Positions 15,995 through 25,676 of a stretch of 64,000 nucleotides of DNA are shown here, piece by piece. This DNA comes from a virus (taxonomy: Duplodnaviria; Caudoviricetes), in IMG/VR virus record IMGVR_UViG_3300035498_000844, positions 1 through 64,000 of that record. One strand, written 5' to 3'. A model generated the notes under the pieces. The model had not been told where the DNA came from. It did not search any database and was given only the letters and a program-made list of their open reading frames with translations. Position numbers and translations under genes: made by a program. Positions within the stretch are counted from its first letter, which is position 1; every line of letters starts with the position of its first letter.

Positions 15995-16183
15995 TTATTT
16001 ACCTCTCTTTTCTGCCTTAATTGCGGAAACTCTTTTAGCTCGATACTCTGCGCTTACAGGTGGATTTTCCGCAACCTGTGTGTATTTTGGAACTGGTTTA
16101 ACGCCTAACTGATTAGCTCTTGCAATTGCCTCTGGATAAGTTGTAATCTCTTCTTTTCCTACTAAATAAGTTAATTTTGTCAT
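15995..16183 (-). CDS. Hypothetical protein
   Basis: 62-aa ORF with own promoter and GGAG SD. Confidence 0.75.
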   Translation of the reverse strand: MTKLTYLVGKEEITTYPEAIARANQLGVKPVPKYTQVAENPPVSAEYRAKRVSAIKAEKRGK

Positions 16184-16249
16184 TGTTTAAATCTCCTCTC
16201 TTTTGATGATTTAATTATAGCACACTCTCTTACTTTTGTCAACAGGATT

Positions 16250-16738
16250 TTATAATCTTTTATTGATTTCAGTAATATTATATTTTACCTTATATTCTTT
16301 TAAGATATCCCTAATAATTGCACTATCTTTTGTTGTCTTACTAAAAATATCAATGTTATAATAAAATTCGTTTCTATACTCAACAGGGTTTGAAGTATAG
16401 CTAATTGCAAAAGGTTCGAGCTTTTTAATTATATCTTTATCTTTTGTAGTAACAGAAATTTTCCATAAGCATTCTTTTTTGCAACTATCTATAATTAATC
16501 TGGATAAATAAACGCCAATTAAGTTGGTAGCAATTGTTACTATTACTGTAATAGACACGTCAAGACTTGCAAGCTGTTTTACAATAATAGCATTAAAACC
16601 ATAAGCAATTGCGTTAATAAGTGCGGCAACTCTACGGTCAGCCCGCAAAGTTAAAATTGATTTCATTGTGGAAAGCATTACGTTTATTAAGCTACAGATA
16701 AAGAAAATTATAATTCCAGTTGTTAAGATATTTTTCAT
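16250..16738 (-). CDS. DUF5698/DUF2179-like membrane protein
   Basis: Three hydrophobic helices, LSTMKSILTLR and TNLIGVYLS motifs, ACT-like C-terminus. Confidence 0.6.
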   Translation of the reverse strand: MKNILTTGIIIFFICSLINVMLSTMKSILTLRADRRVAALINAIAYGFNAIIVKQLASLDVSITVIVTIATNLIGVYLSRLIIDSCKKECLWKISVTTKDKDIIKKLEPFAISYTSNPVEYRNEFYYNIDIFSKTTKDSAIIRDILKEYKVKYNITEINKRL

Positions 16739-16772
16739 TACTTATTCCACCTTTCTTTCTATTGTTATTATA

Positions 16773-16919
16773 TCAGGTCTGAATGATTTTGTCAAACTTT
16801 TTTTTCTTAAATTTTTTCACCCATTTTTTGTAAATAGGACATTTATGCCCTTTTCTACAAGTATAATTACAATAGAGGCAAACTCCAACAGTCCCTTTTT
16901 TATATGAATTTCCTTTCAT
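16773..16919 (-). CDS. Small Cys/His-rich basic protein (48 aa)
   Basis: Below the track cutoff; CLYCNYTCRKGHKC; SD upstream. Confidence 0.55.
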   Translation of the reverse strand: MKGNSYKKGTVGVCLYCNYTCRKGHKCPIYKKWVKKFKKKKFDKIIQT

Positions 16920-16955
16920 AATAAATAATGCCTACCTTTCAATTGGTTTGGACAA

Positions 16956-17258
16956 TTAATGTCCAAATCGAATATAGTGTTTCATCCAATTATCACCAAA
17001 ATAATCTTTTAATTCTTTTTCATATTCTGGATAATTTTCAAGAATAGATAATTTATAAACACTATCTAAATCAATAATTGTTAACCAGTCACCATTGACA
17101 CATTTTGAAAATCTTAAGGTATCCAAAATCCAGTCCATAGTTTCCTGTTTGAAATCCATTGTAACAAGTTCTTTTAATGTAATAAATTGCCCTTTAAAAA
17201 TAGGTTTAATTTCAAAATTGCTTACTTTAGTTCCACTAATCTTAGGTTCAAATGTTAT
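16956..17258 (-). CDS. Hypothetical protein, apparent ATA start
   Basis: Frame is open from ATA 17258, 8 nt after GAGAGG; first in-frame ATG at 17159. Confidence 0.55.
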   Translation of the reverse strand: MTFEPKISGTKVSNFEIKPIFKGQFITLKELVTMDFKQETMDWILDTLRFSKCVNGDWLTIIDLDSVYKLSILENYPEYEKELKDYFGDNWMKHYIRFGH

Positions 17259-17363
17259 TTTATCTTCCTCTCTTTCTTTACCTTGTAATTATATTATAGC
17301 AAATCTTTTTAAACCTGTCAATAGTTTTTAAAAATCGCCTAGGAATTAACCTAGGCGATTTTA

Positions 17364-17516
17364 CTACATTACATAAGCACCAGCAATCGCCTTTACAGTA
17401 CCATCAGGATTAAAAAAGATTACATTGTCCTGAATAACCTTAATGCCCTTAGCTCTCATCTCAGCGCGGAAAACATAGTCATTACGATACTTTCTCAGAA
17501 AATCAACTTTGCTCAT
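17364..17516 (-). CDS. Hypothetical protein
   Basis: Promoter, SD and terminator cassette. Confidence 0.7.
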   Translation of the reverse strand: MSKVDFLRKYRNDYVFRAEMRAKGIKVIQDNVIFFNPDGTVKAIAGAYVM

Positions 17517-17581
17517 AATTTTTACCTCTTTCTTTCTTTGATGGTTTAATTGTATCATAGAAGGACTTGTTTGTCAAGCCC

Positions 17582-17800
17582 TTATTTTCTTTTTGTGCAA
17601 TAATTAAAAGCATTAATAACATCAAGAAAAAGCTCATTATCTTCTGCAATCTCAAACAGGTCGTCCATGTCTGACTCATCTGGAACTCCATAAAGAAGCC
17701 AGTATTTAATCATGTATTCATTGTCAACATGTTTAAGAACATAAAGATCCATCTGTTTTAAAAGCAATACTCTGTCTACTAATAACCCTTTACTTTTCAT
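17582..17800 (-). CDS. Hypothetical protein
   Basis: GAGAGG SD; own promoter. Confidence 0.7.
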   Translation of the reverse strand: MKSKGLLVDRVLLLKQMDLYVLKHVDNEYMIKYWLLYGVPDESDMDDLFEIAEDNELFLDVINAFNYCTKRK

Positions 17801-17910
17801 TTTTATTACCTCTCTTTCCTTTCTGTAATTATATTTTATCAAAATTTTTATAAAAAATCAATTGGCAGATTGCACAAATTTCGGGAATAATCTTTGTGTA
17901 AGATTACTAG

Positions 17911-18016
17911 TTAACAAAGCGCAAAAAATGTGCTATAATAAAAGGTTAGGTAAAAACGGGCGCGTCACGACCCACCGCGCGCCGCCAATTATATAACGCT
18001 TCTTCTCTGTTGTCAA
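17911..18016. promoter_or_regulatory. Convergent promoter pair around a GC hairpin (module M3)
   Basis: Plus: TTAACA 17911, 17 bp, TATAAT 17934. Minus: TTGACA 18016, 17 bp, TATAAT 17993. Hairpin GGCGCG 17959-17964 / CGCGCC 17978-17983. Confidence 0.7.
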
Positions 18017-18048
18017 TAGGTAAAATGCACAAAAATACAGGATGCATT

Positions 18049-18414
18049 TTATGCACCCTGCTGATTTTTTCGATGTTTGGTTAATACCAGTGAATAGTCA
18101 TTTTTACCAATTTTGAAAGTAATTTCACGCTGACTATTAGCAATTTTGACTTCATCAGCGACAAGCATTTTAGCAATAGCACTAATGATTTCTACTTTTT
18201 CAGTGTCAACCTTTAAGACTCTTGCGGACTTTTTGCGGTCAGTAGTTCTATCTGCTTCATACCGCCGCTTCATTGATTTTGCTTTCTGTTCCATCTCCGC
18301 AACTTCTGGAAGAGTTTCATTAGAATTATCTTCATCATAAAGCTGTTCGGCTTCTTCTCTTGTGAGTCCTAAGACTTCCATGTGTTTCTGAATCTCTTTT
18401 TCTTTTTCGCTCAT
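18049..18414 (-). CDS. Hypothetical protein, paralog of 14059-14466
   Basis: Colinear motifs with 14059; GAGG SD. Confidence 0.8.
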   Translation of the reverse strand: MSEKEKEIQKHMEVLGLTREEAEQLYDEDNSNETLPEVAEMEQKAKSMKRRYEADRTTDRKKSARVLKVDTEKVEIISAIAKMLVADEVKIANSQREITFKIGKNDYSLVLTKHRKNQQGA

Positions 18415-18463
18415 GTAGTCACCTCTTTTTTAAAAAGGGTTAGTGGGGCTTTCGCCCCACTCT

Positions 18464-18847
18464 TTAAGCTACAGAGAAGTAAGCTTTCTTCTTCTCTACT
18501 TTCTTAACCACTCTTTCAGAGTCAACCAGTTTCTTCATTAAAGCGGAAACTTTCTGGTTGGAAAGGTGGTTGCCATCTTTCAGAGTATAAGTTGCGATAG
18601 CTTCATCTTCCATGAGTTCAGTAATAGTTACTGGTTTCGCGATTTCTACAAGTGTGTCATAGATCTTTTCGATCACTTCTGTGTTCTCTTTCTGGGTCTT
18701 AGTCAGAGTGGACTTACTAGACTTTCTGTCCAGAAGCTCAATCTCATGATCGAGGAAAGAAATAATGTCATCCTTGCGGTCAACTTCAGTAGCCTCAACA
18801 ATACCTCTTAAAACATTGTACCAATCTTTCTTAGTCATCTTTGTCAT
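18464..18847 (-). CDS. MTKKDW-family winged-helix protein (paralog 3)
   Basis: Starts MTKMTKKDWY like 14975; same downstream GGGGCTTTCGCCCC hairpin. Confidence 0.8.
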   Translation of the reverse strand: MTKMTKKDWYNVLRGIVEATEVDRKDDIISFLDHEIELLDRKSSKSTLTKTQKENTEVIEKIYDTLVEIAKPVTITELMEDEAIATYTLKDGNHLSNQKVSALMKKLVDSERVVKKVEKKKAYFSVA

Positions 18848-19013
18848 AATTCATACATCCTTTCTTAAATGAATTTTCTTTTTGTTTACATTGTTATTAT
18901 AACTCTTTTTCTTTTGTTTGTCAAGGACTTTTTTATTTTTTTAGAAGTTTTTGTTTCCCCTTGGCTTTGAAAACTCTCTTTTTTGTTTGTATCTTTATTA
19001 TACAGGATAAAGC

Positions 19014-19208
19014 TTATTTTGTCAAGCACTTTTTTCCAACTTTCTTTGCAATTCTCTGTCCGAGAAGTTTAATATGCGGATCTGATGAATTACAATATTT
19101 GATTGCAAAATATCTAGGATGATTGGCAATTCTCATACAAAACCTTGCTTCTTCATTAATTGAAAAATCATATTTGCGCTGACCTCTTAATGCTTTAGGA
19201 TAACCCAT
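19014..19208 (-). CDS. Small basic protein
   Basis: 64 aa with own promoter and GGAG SD. Confidence 0.65.
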   Translation of the reverse strand: MGYPKALRGQRKYDFSINEEARFCMRIANHPRYFAIKYCNSSDPHIKLLGQRIAKKVGKKCLTK

Positions 19209-19310
19209 TTTTTAAATCTCCTTTTCTTTTGATAATTCTATTATAAATGATAAGTTATATTTTGTCAAGCGTTTTTTTAAAAAATTTTTCACCCGTGGGG
19301 AGTGTTCGCA

Positions 19311-20030
19311 CTAGGCGAACACTTTTCTTAAATCCAACTCTTTTCTTTTTCTCTGTGGCAACCGCCAACAAGCTGTATTAATTTTCTTATCCATCTTTTT
19401 ATGAGTCGCAAAACATTTTGCCATAATGTCTACTTCAATTTCCACATCTTCAAGTCCAGTATGCTTTTCACAAAATTCTGGTGAGTCAATAAGAAATCTA
19501 TAGCAAGCTTCTGCGGATGTCTGGATGTTTCCCGCTTCACTTTCAAGACCATTCTGTAAAGCAAATTTAATATAACTTGTGCTATTGAGAATTACTTGAC
19601 AAGCCATAGACCAGATACAAAAATATTCTGTCCCGAATGGGAAAAACCATCTAACTAATGACTTGCTACAATAGCGAATTACATTGTTTAATGCTCTTTT
19701 ATCAAAGTTCATATTATAAGCGCCGACTTTTTTAACATTCCATGCTTTCATATCTGCTTTAATCTGTTTTCTGATATTAAAGATGGATTTTAAAATGCGG
19801 CTTCCGCTTTTAATATCATCCCAGTAGTTAGGAATCTTTTCCGCAAAGTATGCGGATTTCATCATCTCTGGATGGTCTAAAAAGATCTCTGCTACAACAA
19901 AACTTCTTTTAAGAACAATATGCCCTGTGCGGTCTGCAATAGCATAACCAATATCATAAGGCAAAGGCTGTTCCAAAGTGTTTGCGGTTTCAGTATCAAT
20001 AACTAAGTAATATTCTTTTTTTCTGCTCAT
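19311..20030 (-). CDS. DEDDh 3'-5' exonuclease
   Basis: VIDTETAN (ExoI), AYNMNFD (ExoII), HTGLEDVEIE (ExoIII). Confidence 0.85.
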   Translation of the reverse strand: MSRKKEYYLVIDTETANTLEQPLPYDIGYAIADRTGHIVLKRSFVVAEIFLDHPEMMKSAYFAEKIPNYWDDIKSGSRILKSIFNIRKQIKADMKAWNVKKVGAYNMNFDKRALNNVIRYCSKSLVRWFFPFGTEYFCIWSMACQVILNSTSYIKFALQNGLESEAGNIQTSAEACYRFLIDSPEFCEKHTGLEDVEIEVDIMAKCFATHKKMDKKINTACWRLPQRKRKELDLRKVFA

Positions 20031-20079
20031 TTTTAATTTCCTCTTTCCTTTTGATGTAACTATTATAACTCCATTAGAA

Positions 20080-20307
20080 TTATTTGTCAAGCGTTTTTTC
20101 ACTTTCTATCATATTTTTAATAAATAAATCAGAAAATGCGTCTCCATCAGCTTCGCTGACTTTATAGGCGATAAATTCCATAATAGTACCAATACCATAC
20201 ATGAAATGAAAGTCTCCATGACTTGCGTCATGCTTACCAATAAACATATCGCATCCACTGTTGAGTATATCATTTAATACAATTCTATAAGCGTCTTGAG
20301 TTGTCAT
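20080..20307 (-). CDS. Hypothetical protein
   Basis: 75 aa, own promoter. Confidence 0.7.
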   Translation of the reverse strand: MTTQDAYRIVLNDILNSGCDMFIGKHDASHGDFHFMYGIGTIMEFIAYKVSEADGDAFSDLFIKNMIESEKTLDK

Positions 20308-20428
20308 TTTTCTTGCTTCCTTTCCTTACCTTGTAAATACATTATAGCACCACAGCCGCAGAAAGTCAAGTAGTCAAATTGCACAAATTTCGGGATCCAA
20401 AAAATAAAATATTTGTGCAATTTTTCTC

Positions 20429-20497
20429 TTGACAAAAACTGATACATATGATATAATTAAATTTTGGGTCGCGCAAGGACCCTGCGCGACCCGTCAA
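20429..20497 (+). promoter_or_regulatory. Antisense sigmaA promoter firing into a GC hairpin (module M4)
   Basis: TTGTGCA box, TTGACA 20429, 17 bp, TATAAT 20452; GGGTCGCGCA-AGGACCC-TGCGCGACCC, then GTCAA. Confidence 0.75.
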
Positions 20498-20521
20498 TAA
20501 TAAAATAAAAAAGCGATATTT

Positions 20522-20671
20522 CTATCGCTTCATAAGCCATTCATATCTAGCTTTCACTCTGTCAAATTCAAGACTACCATTTTCGCATGCTTCAACTAAT
20601 GCGCAAAAACCAATTGTTTGTCTAGCTTCAGGACCAAATTTTCTAATTATATCAATAATCATTTTATCCAT
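20522..20671 (-). CDS. Small protein, paralog of 25932-26084
   Basis: IRKFG.EA..T..FC...KARY..LM.R shared. Confidence 0.7.
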   Translation of the reverse strand: MDKMIIDIIRKFGPEARQTIGFCALVEACENGSLEFDRVKARYEWLMKR

Positions 20672-20731
20672 TTTCAATTCCTCTCTTTCTTTTGATAGCT
20701 CTATTATAACATGCTTTTTTCTTTTTGTCAA

Positions 20732-21151
20732 TTAGTTATATTCAATTTTTTGAATTATTTCTGTTCCATCGTCTTGTTTTTTATAGGTAATAGTTTTTGT
20801 AACTATAATTGTATCACCAATATTATAATTATCATAAATACTTTTAGATACTTCTGTTTTTTCATCATCCCAAATTACATAATAATCATAAACAAAATGT
20901 CCACCTTTTCCGGGTATTCCTACAAAATGACGATCTTCTTTTTTATCTTCAATTTGAATAACAATTTCTGTTTTTTCAGTCCTAAAGATTTGTTTGGAAA
21001 GTTTATCATCTTTAAAAAGTCCAATTAAGAAAAATAATCCACCAACAAGAATTAAAAAATATCGCATTTTATAATTTTTATTATCATCTAATATCATACC
21101 TAAGAAAAAAATAATACATCCAACAATAGTTAACCATATCCAATTTATCAT
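20732..21151 (-). CDS. Membrane hypothetical protein
   Basis: Two N-terminal hydrophobic segments. Confidence 0.7.
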   Translation of the reverse strand: MINWIWLTIVGCIIFFLGMILDDNKNYKMRYFLILVGGLFFLIGLFKDDKLSKQIFRTEKTEIVIQIEDKKEDRHFVGIPGKGGHFVYDYYVIWDDEKTEVSKSIYDNYNIGDTIIVTKTITYKKQDDGTEIIQKIEYN

Positions 21152-21239
21152 TTTCAAGTCCTCTTTTTCTTTTGATAAATTAATTATAAGGGATAAAATG
21201 CTTTTTATCAAGTGCTTTTTTGAAATTTTAAAGAGATTT

Positions 21240-21695
21240 TTATAATCTCTTTAAAATTTCAATAATATTATTCGTAGCATCAACTGTAATTCCTAAATCC
21301 CAGTCATCACGATTTTTCTTTTCATCATCAATTAAGATTCCATAACCATATTTTCTACAAGTATCTGCTTTTTTAATTCCATAGGCTGTAATTAAAATTT
21401 TGTCAAGAATGATATCAAAACCATAATTTTCTAACCAGTTCATTTTTGCTTTAATGACTCTTTTATTAAATTCTTCCGTAGGAACTTTACTTAACCAACT
21501 AATAATTCCAATATTATATCCCTTTTCTTTTAAATCAACCAGAGTAGCTAAAAGATCTAAGGTGTTATAAAGCGGTTTTGCTTCTCTGTAAGGTCTTTCG
21601 TTGTAGCTTCTTAAATCTTCAAGCCATCCATCTACGCCGTAGAAATCACAAATGCTTCCATCCATATCTAACCAAATCCATTTATCTTTTTTCAT
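21240..21695 (-). CDS. HAD-superfamily phosphatase (5'(3')-nucleotidase-like)
   Basis: WLDMDGSICDFY motif I, ISWLS motif II, K, LIDD motif IV. Confidence 0.8.
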   Translation of the reverse strand: MKKDKWIWLDMDGSICDFYGVDGWLEDLRSYNERPYREAKPLYNTLDLLATLVDLKEKGYNIGIISWLSKVPTEEFNKRVIKAKMNWLENYGFDIILDKILITAYGIKKADTCRKYGYGILIDDEKKNRDDWDLGITVDATNNIIEILKRL

Positions 21696-21752
21696 TTTTC
21701 TTACTTCCTTTCCTTTTCTGTATCTTTATTATAGGACAAAAGACTTATTTTG

Positions 21753-22211
21753 TCAAGCCTTTTTTCGTTTTTTCTTTTTTAAATTTTCAAGTGTACGGGA
21801 TGTTACAATTTGTGCTCCATTAAATTTAATTTGAATTTCTTTTCCATTTACATTTAAATCACCTTCTATATAAAAGGGAATATTGTCTTTTCCTCTGAAA
21901 GGTTTGTCATGCAATTCTGAAATAACTCTTTCAAATTCTACGCCTTTATTATATTTGCCAATTAAAATATTTTCTGAACCAATAATAAATGCGCCTTTTC
22001 TAATTAATTGTTCTTGATAATGTTTTGGAAGTCTTAATTGAAGTTTTTCACAACCCCCACGTTTAGAACTTTCATGTTCAACTTTTAGGTATCTAGGCAT
22101 AATTTCTGCAACCTCTATCATATAAACTTCATGTTTATAAATAAAGCCTAAAATGTAAGAATCCGCAGCACTGTATTTTCTATAATTACGAATCATTGTT
22201 TCTTTTGTCAT
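21753..22211 (-). CDS. Hypothetical protein
   Basis: GAGAGG SD before ATG 22211; NKGVEFE...GD....EIQIK may be nuclease-like. Confidence 0.7.
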   Translation of the reverse strand: MTKETMIRNYRKYSAADSYILGFIYKHEVYMIEVAEIMPRYLKVEHESSKRGGCEKLQLRLPKHYQEQLIRKGAFIIGSENILIGKYNKGVEFERVISELHDKPFRGKDNIPFYIEGDLNVNGKEIQIKFNGAQIVTSRTLENLKKKKRKKA

Positions 22212-22213
22212 TT

Positions 22214-22465
22214 TTATAACACCTCTCTTTCTTCTACTTTGTAAGAAGCAAAAATACCTTTGTAATACCAATTTAAAATTTCTTTAGTATTTAAAAATTT
22301 ATTTTCATCATATTCATGTTTGTTTTCCAAACCAAATTTTCCATTGTAGCAATGAAAAATTTTTGTATCCTTAATACAACTTTTAATATAATCAACAGCT
22401 TTCTTTTTAGAAGATACGATTGCAATTATTTTTTCTGCTTCATAAATTAAATATACTTTCTTCAT
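22214..22465 (-). CDS. Hypothetical protein
   Basis: Promoter and SD cassette. Confidence 0.65.
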   Translation of the reverse strand: MKKVYLIYEAEKIIAIVSSKKKAVDYIKSCIKDTKIFHCYNGKFGLENKHEYDENKFLNTKEILNWYYKGIFASYKVEEREVL

Positions 22466-22514
22466 TTTTCTTTTCCTCTTTCCTTTTGATAAGCTTATTA
22501 TAGCATATATGTTG

Positions 22515-22664
22515 TTATTTGTCAATCACTTTTACAAAAAAGCAATTAACAGGATGAACAAGTGCTAAATAAGAATTTTTTGCTCTAGTTACTTCTTTTT
22601 CAGCCTCTTCTTTTGTTTCATAAGTTCCAAGTACGTGTCCACTAACGATTGCCTGATATTTCAT
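22515..22664 (-). CDS. Small hypothetical protein (49 aa)
   Basis: MKYQAIVSGHVLGTYETKEEAEK...; own promoter and GGAG SD; below the track cutoff. Confidence 0.65.
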   Translation of the reverse strand: MKYQAIVSGHVLGTYETKEEAEKEVTRAKNSYLALVHPVNCFFVKVIDK

Positions 22665-22730
22665 TTTTTGATCTCCCTTCCTTTTGATGATTTAATTATA
22701 GCACGCTAATCTCTATTTGTCAATTACTTT

Positions 22731-22955
22731 TTAAAAATATTTTTCTTGATCTTCCCAGTATTCTTTTTTATAGCAATTATAAAAGATTTTCATAAACCAA
22801 TATTTAAAACCAGAAATGACAGTTGCTTTAGTAGAAATATTTCCTTTGCTATACCAGTATTGATTAGCTTCTTCCATATTTTTTACAACAAAAATATATT
22901 GTCTTTTATGATTTTTATTTAACTGAACCCATTTTTCAATTTTATAGTGTACCAT
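22731..22955 (-). CDS. Hypothetical protein
   Basis: AGGAG SD before ATG 22955. Confidence 0.65.
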   Translation of the reverse strand: MVHYKIEKWVQLNKNHKRQYIFVVKNMEEANQYWYSKGNISTKATVISGFKYWFMKIFYNCYKKEYWEDQEKYF

Positions 22956-23184
22956 ATTTTTCTCCTTTCGGTGGGACTGTAGCCACCTTAGACTAACCAC
23001 CTAAAATTCATTAACTGACTAGTCCAAGCTGTGTGGCATCCGCAATCCCTTTCCTTGATTATAGTATAACACAACTGAACGAGATTACAATAGGTAATTT
23101 GCACAAAATTTGAGGTGCGGTTTTGTGCAAAATTTTTGTGGCATTTCGGGATAAAATATATAAAAATTTTGTGCAAATTGTCTA

Positions 23185-23260
23185 TTGACAAAATGAGCGA
23201 TTCATGATATAATTGAAATTTCGCCGGCGTGAGGACCGTACGCCGCCCGTCAAAAAGTCA
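23185..23260 (+). promoter_or_regulatory. Antisense sigmaA promoter firing into a GC hairpin (module M5)
   Basis: TTGTGCA box, TTGACA 23185, 17 bp, TATAAT 23208; CGGCGT-GAGGACCGT-ACGCCG, then CCCGTCAA. Confidence 0.75.
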
Positions 23261-23567
23261 AGTGGAAAATTGCACAAAATTTCATTTTTATTTTGTGCAT
23301 TTTTATTTAAAAATTTAAAAAAAATGGAGAAAAATTTACTCTTCTCCACTACATCACCTTTTCTCCACTCTGAAATCTTCTTTCTAATTCATTTAATCTG
23401 TTGTACTCTTCTTTGGTGATTTTTTACCAGTCATCATCTTGCCAATTAATTTTACTCTTTCTTTATCTTCTTTCTTAGTCATTTTTTTAATCTCCCTTTC
23501 TTTTGATGATTTAATTATACATCAGACATGCTTATTTGTCAATACTTTTTTAATAAAAATAAAAGAC

Positions 23568-23756
23568 CTAGATTGATCTAGGTCTTAAGTTGATAGTAGC
23601 GGTAACTTTAAATCTTCCATCTTTTAAGCTTGATGTTTCGATTGAAAGAACTTGATTTTCGCAATCTTTCATAACTTTTTTAATGATTTCTAATCCTTCC
23701 TCTGCGTTTCTTGCGAATCCTTTTACTTTAAATTCATTCATAGTTGTTGCAGTCAT
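23568..23756 (-). CDS. Hypothetical protein
   Basis: Promoter and SD cassette. Confidence 0.7.
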   Translation of the reverse strand: MTATTMNEFKVKGFARNAEEGLEIIKKVMKDCENQVLSIETSSLKDGRFKVTATINLRPRSI

Positions 23757-24009
23757 TTTTATTTTCCTCTCTTTCTTTTGATACACTTATTATACTATAT
23801 AATGATTAGTTTGTCAATACTTTTTATTCTTTAATTTTAAAAATCCATCCTTCGCGCAACTTTTCTACAGTAAATAAATACTGATTATTAGTAAGATATT
23901 TTATCAGTCTATCATAAGATTCTTTTTTGCTAACTAACATTGCCATGTTTGTTACCCCCTCTTTATTTGATTATGTATTTATTATAACATGAAAGTAATT
24001 ATTTGTCAA

Positions 24010-24294
24010 CTACTTTTTTAATCTTACTTTTACGACTTCATCATCATAAATATTTGAATCAGTACCATTATTATTCATCTGTAATACTACTTTATCACCA
24101 ATAGAAAAGCCACTTCCTTCAAATTCCCATAGATTTCCAGTTTCATCTTCTGCCAGATAAAGAGTTGCGGTTTCTTGATCAATAATTGTTGCATTGCGAC
24201 TATAATGGCTTTCAATATAACTTGCAAAAAAAATACCAAATGAAATTAAAACAGCCAAACCCGCAAGTTCAATATTTTCAATAATTTTTCTCAT
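24010..24294 (-). CDS. Membrane-anchored small protein (OB-like)
   Basis: One TM segment, then EDETGNLWEF...GD.VVL.M...GT motif. Confidence 0.7.
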   Translation of the reverse strand: MRKIIENIELAGLAVLISFGIFFASYIESHYSRNATIIDQETATLYLAEDETGNLWEFEGSGFSIGDKVVLQMNNNGTDSNIYDDEVVKVRLKK

Positions 24295-24423
24295 TTTCTC
24301 TTTCCTCTTTTCTTTTGATGTATTTATTATAACAAATTTAATTAAAATTGTCAAGTGTTTTTTTAATAATAAAGAAAGCTTTTTATCAAGCCTTCTTTAT
24401 TATTAAATTATTGAGTCCTTTTG

Positions 24424-24645
24424 TCAAGAGAAAAGAAAAAAGCTTTTATCGACGTACATCCAGTAAGATTCTACACATACTGACTTAGTTTTATCATCCA
24501 TGTATACTAAATAATGGTCATCATTTTTAACACCAACTAAAAAACAACCATTATCATACTCAAAGTCTACATCTAATTCAATCAATTGAGCTTTGATTTC
24601 TTCATAAGACATACCTATAAACATACCATTTTCTAAATCCATCAT
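24424..24645 (-). CDS. Acidic hypothetical protein
   Basis: 73 aa; promoter and SD. Confidence 0.7.
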   Translation of the reverse strand: MMDLENGMFIGMSYEEIKAQLIELDVDFEYDNGCFLVGVKNDDHYLVYMDDKTKSVCVESYWMYVDKSFFLFS

Positions 24646-24892
24646 TTTTTGTTTCCTCTCTTTCTTTCCTTCATCTTATGTCTTTATTATATCACGTTTG
24701 CTGTAAAAGTCAAGTAGTTTTTCAATTTTTTTATTTTTTCTATAGACCTTAAATTGCGTTAAGGTCTATAGAATTTGCAAGAATTTTTGTAAAGAATGGA
24801 ACGTACGCGCTGCTCAAAATTTGTCAATAGTAAAAATATACAAAAATTAGCAGGTCGTTTTGGTGCAACCTGCTGAATTTTTATTTTAGCTT

Positions 24893-25132
24893 TCATTTTC
24901 TGTTTTTTCTAGCTATTTCTCTGCCGCATTCAATTTTTCCGATTCTTTCTTCTTTTTCTGTAATTTTTCCATTAAATACCATTGTAACTTTATACATTGT
25001 AAAATTTACATTCCATGTATCCTTAATAGCATCTTCTCTTGCGTCTTTTTCTGTCTCAAATTTTCTTTCTTGAAAATCTCTTCCTTCCATTCCACCGTAG
25101 CTTGTAGTTTTGTAATAAGTAATTTCTGTCAT
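24893..25132 (-). CDS. Hypothetical protein
   Basis: 79 aa; own promoter. Confidence 0.7.
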   Translation of the reverse strand: MTEITYYKTTSYGGMEGRDFQERKFETEKDAREDAIKDTWNVNFTMYKVTMVFNGKITEKEERIGKIECGREIARKNRK

Positions 25133-25249
25133 TTCTTTTTACCTTAATCCTTTTTGGATTTCCTTTCCTTTTGATGGTTTAATTATAACTCCTTAGTAGC
25201 TTTTTGTCAAGCACTTTTTAAAATTTTTTTTATTTTTTGAAGAGACTTT

Positions 25250-25342
25250 TTACTTAGCCTCTTCAAACATCTCTTCATCAGAAATTTCAAGTTCTTTCAT
25301 AAGATCTTCTAAAGTTGCTCCGTACATCATCATCTCTGTCAT
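25250..25342 (-). CDS. 30-aa acidic peptide
   Basis: MTEMMMYGATLEDLMKELEISDEEMFEEAK; own promoter, GGGAG SD, downstream hairpin. Confidence 0.6.
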   Translation of the reverse strand: MTEMMMYGATLEDLMKELEISDEEMFEEAK

Positions 25343-25676
25343 TGTTTTGTTCTCCCTTCTTTTGATGGTTTAAGTATACCATACGTTACAATAAATGTCA
25401 ACAGTTTTTTAAAAAATTTTTAAAAATAAAAAATTGCAGGCTGAGTGTCTGCGTCCTATCTGGTGTCCACTCCTTCTCCCACTATTATAATATCATGTTT
25501 ATGCGGAAAAGTCAAGCAGTTTTTATTGTTAATTTTTTAACAATCTTCGCCCTTTGGATTGCGGGATTCAGCTTTAAAATGCGAAAACCTAGCTTTTCTG
25601 CGGAAAAAGCTAGGTCTATGTTACTATGGAGTGAACCGAGCTACCTACGATTGTTCGCGGTAACCCTTGAAGTGTA

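Noticed and set aside
17503-24354. N-terminal extensions in track ORFs (e.g. MIKSILSLIINLSKEKEDLK, MTKRKKHVIIELSKEREELK, MTILIKFVIINTSKEKRKEK)
   Set aside because: They are translations of the shared promoter and leader; true starts follow the SD, often exactly 60 nt downstream.
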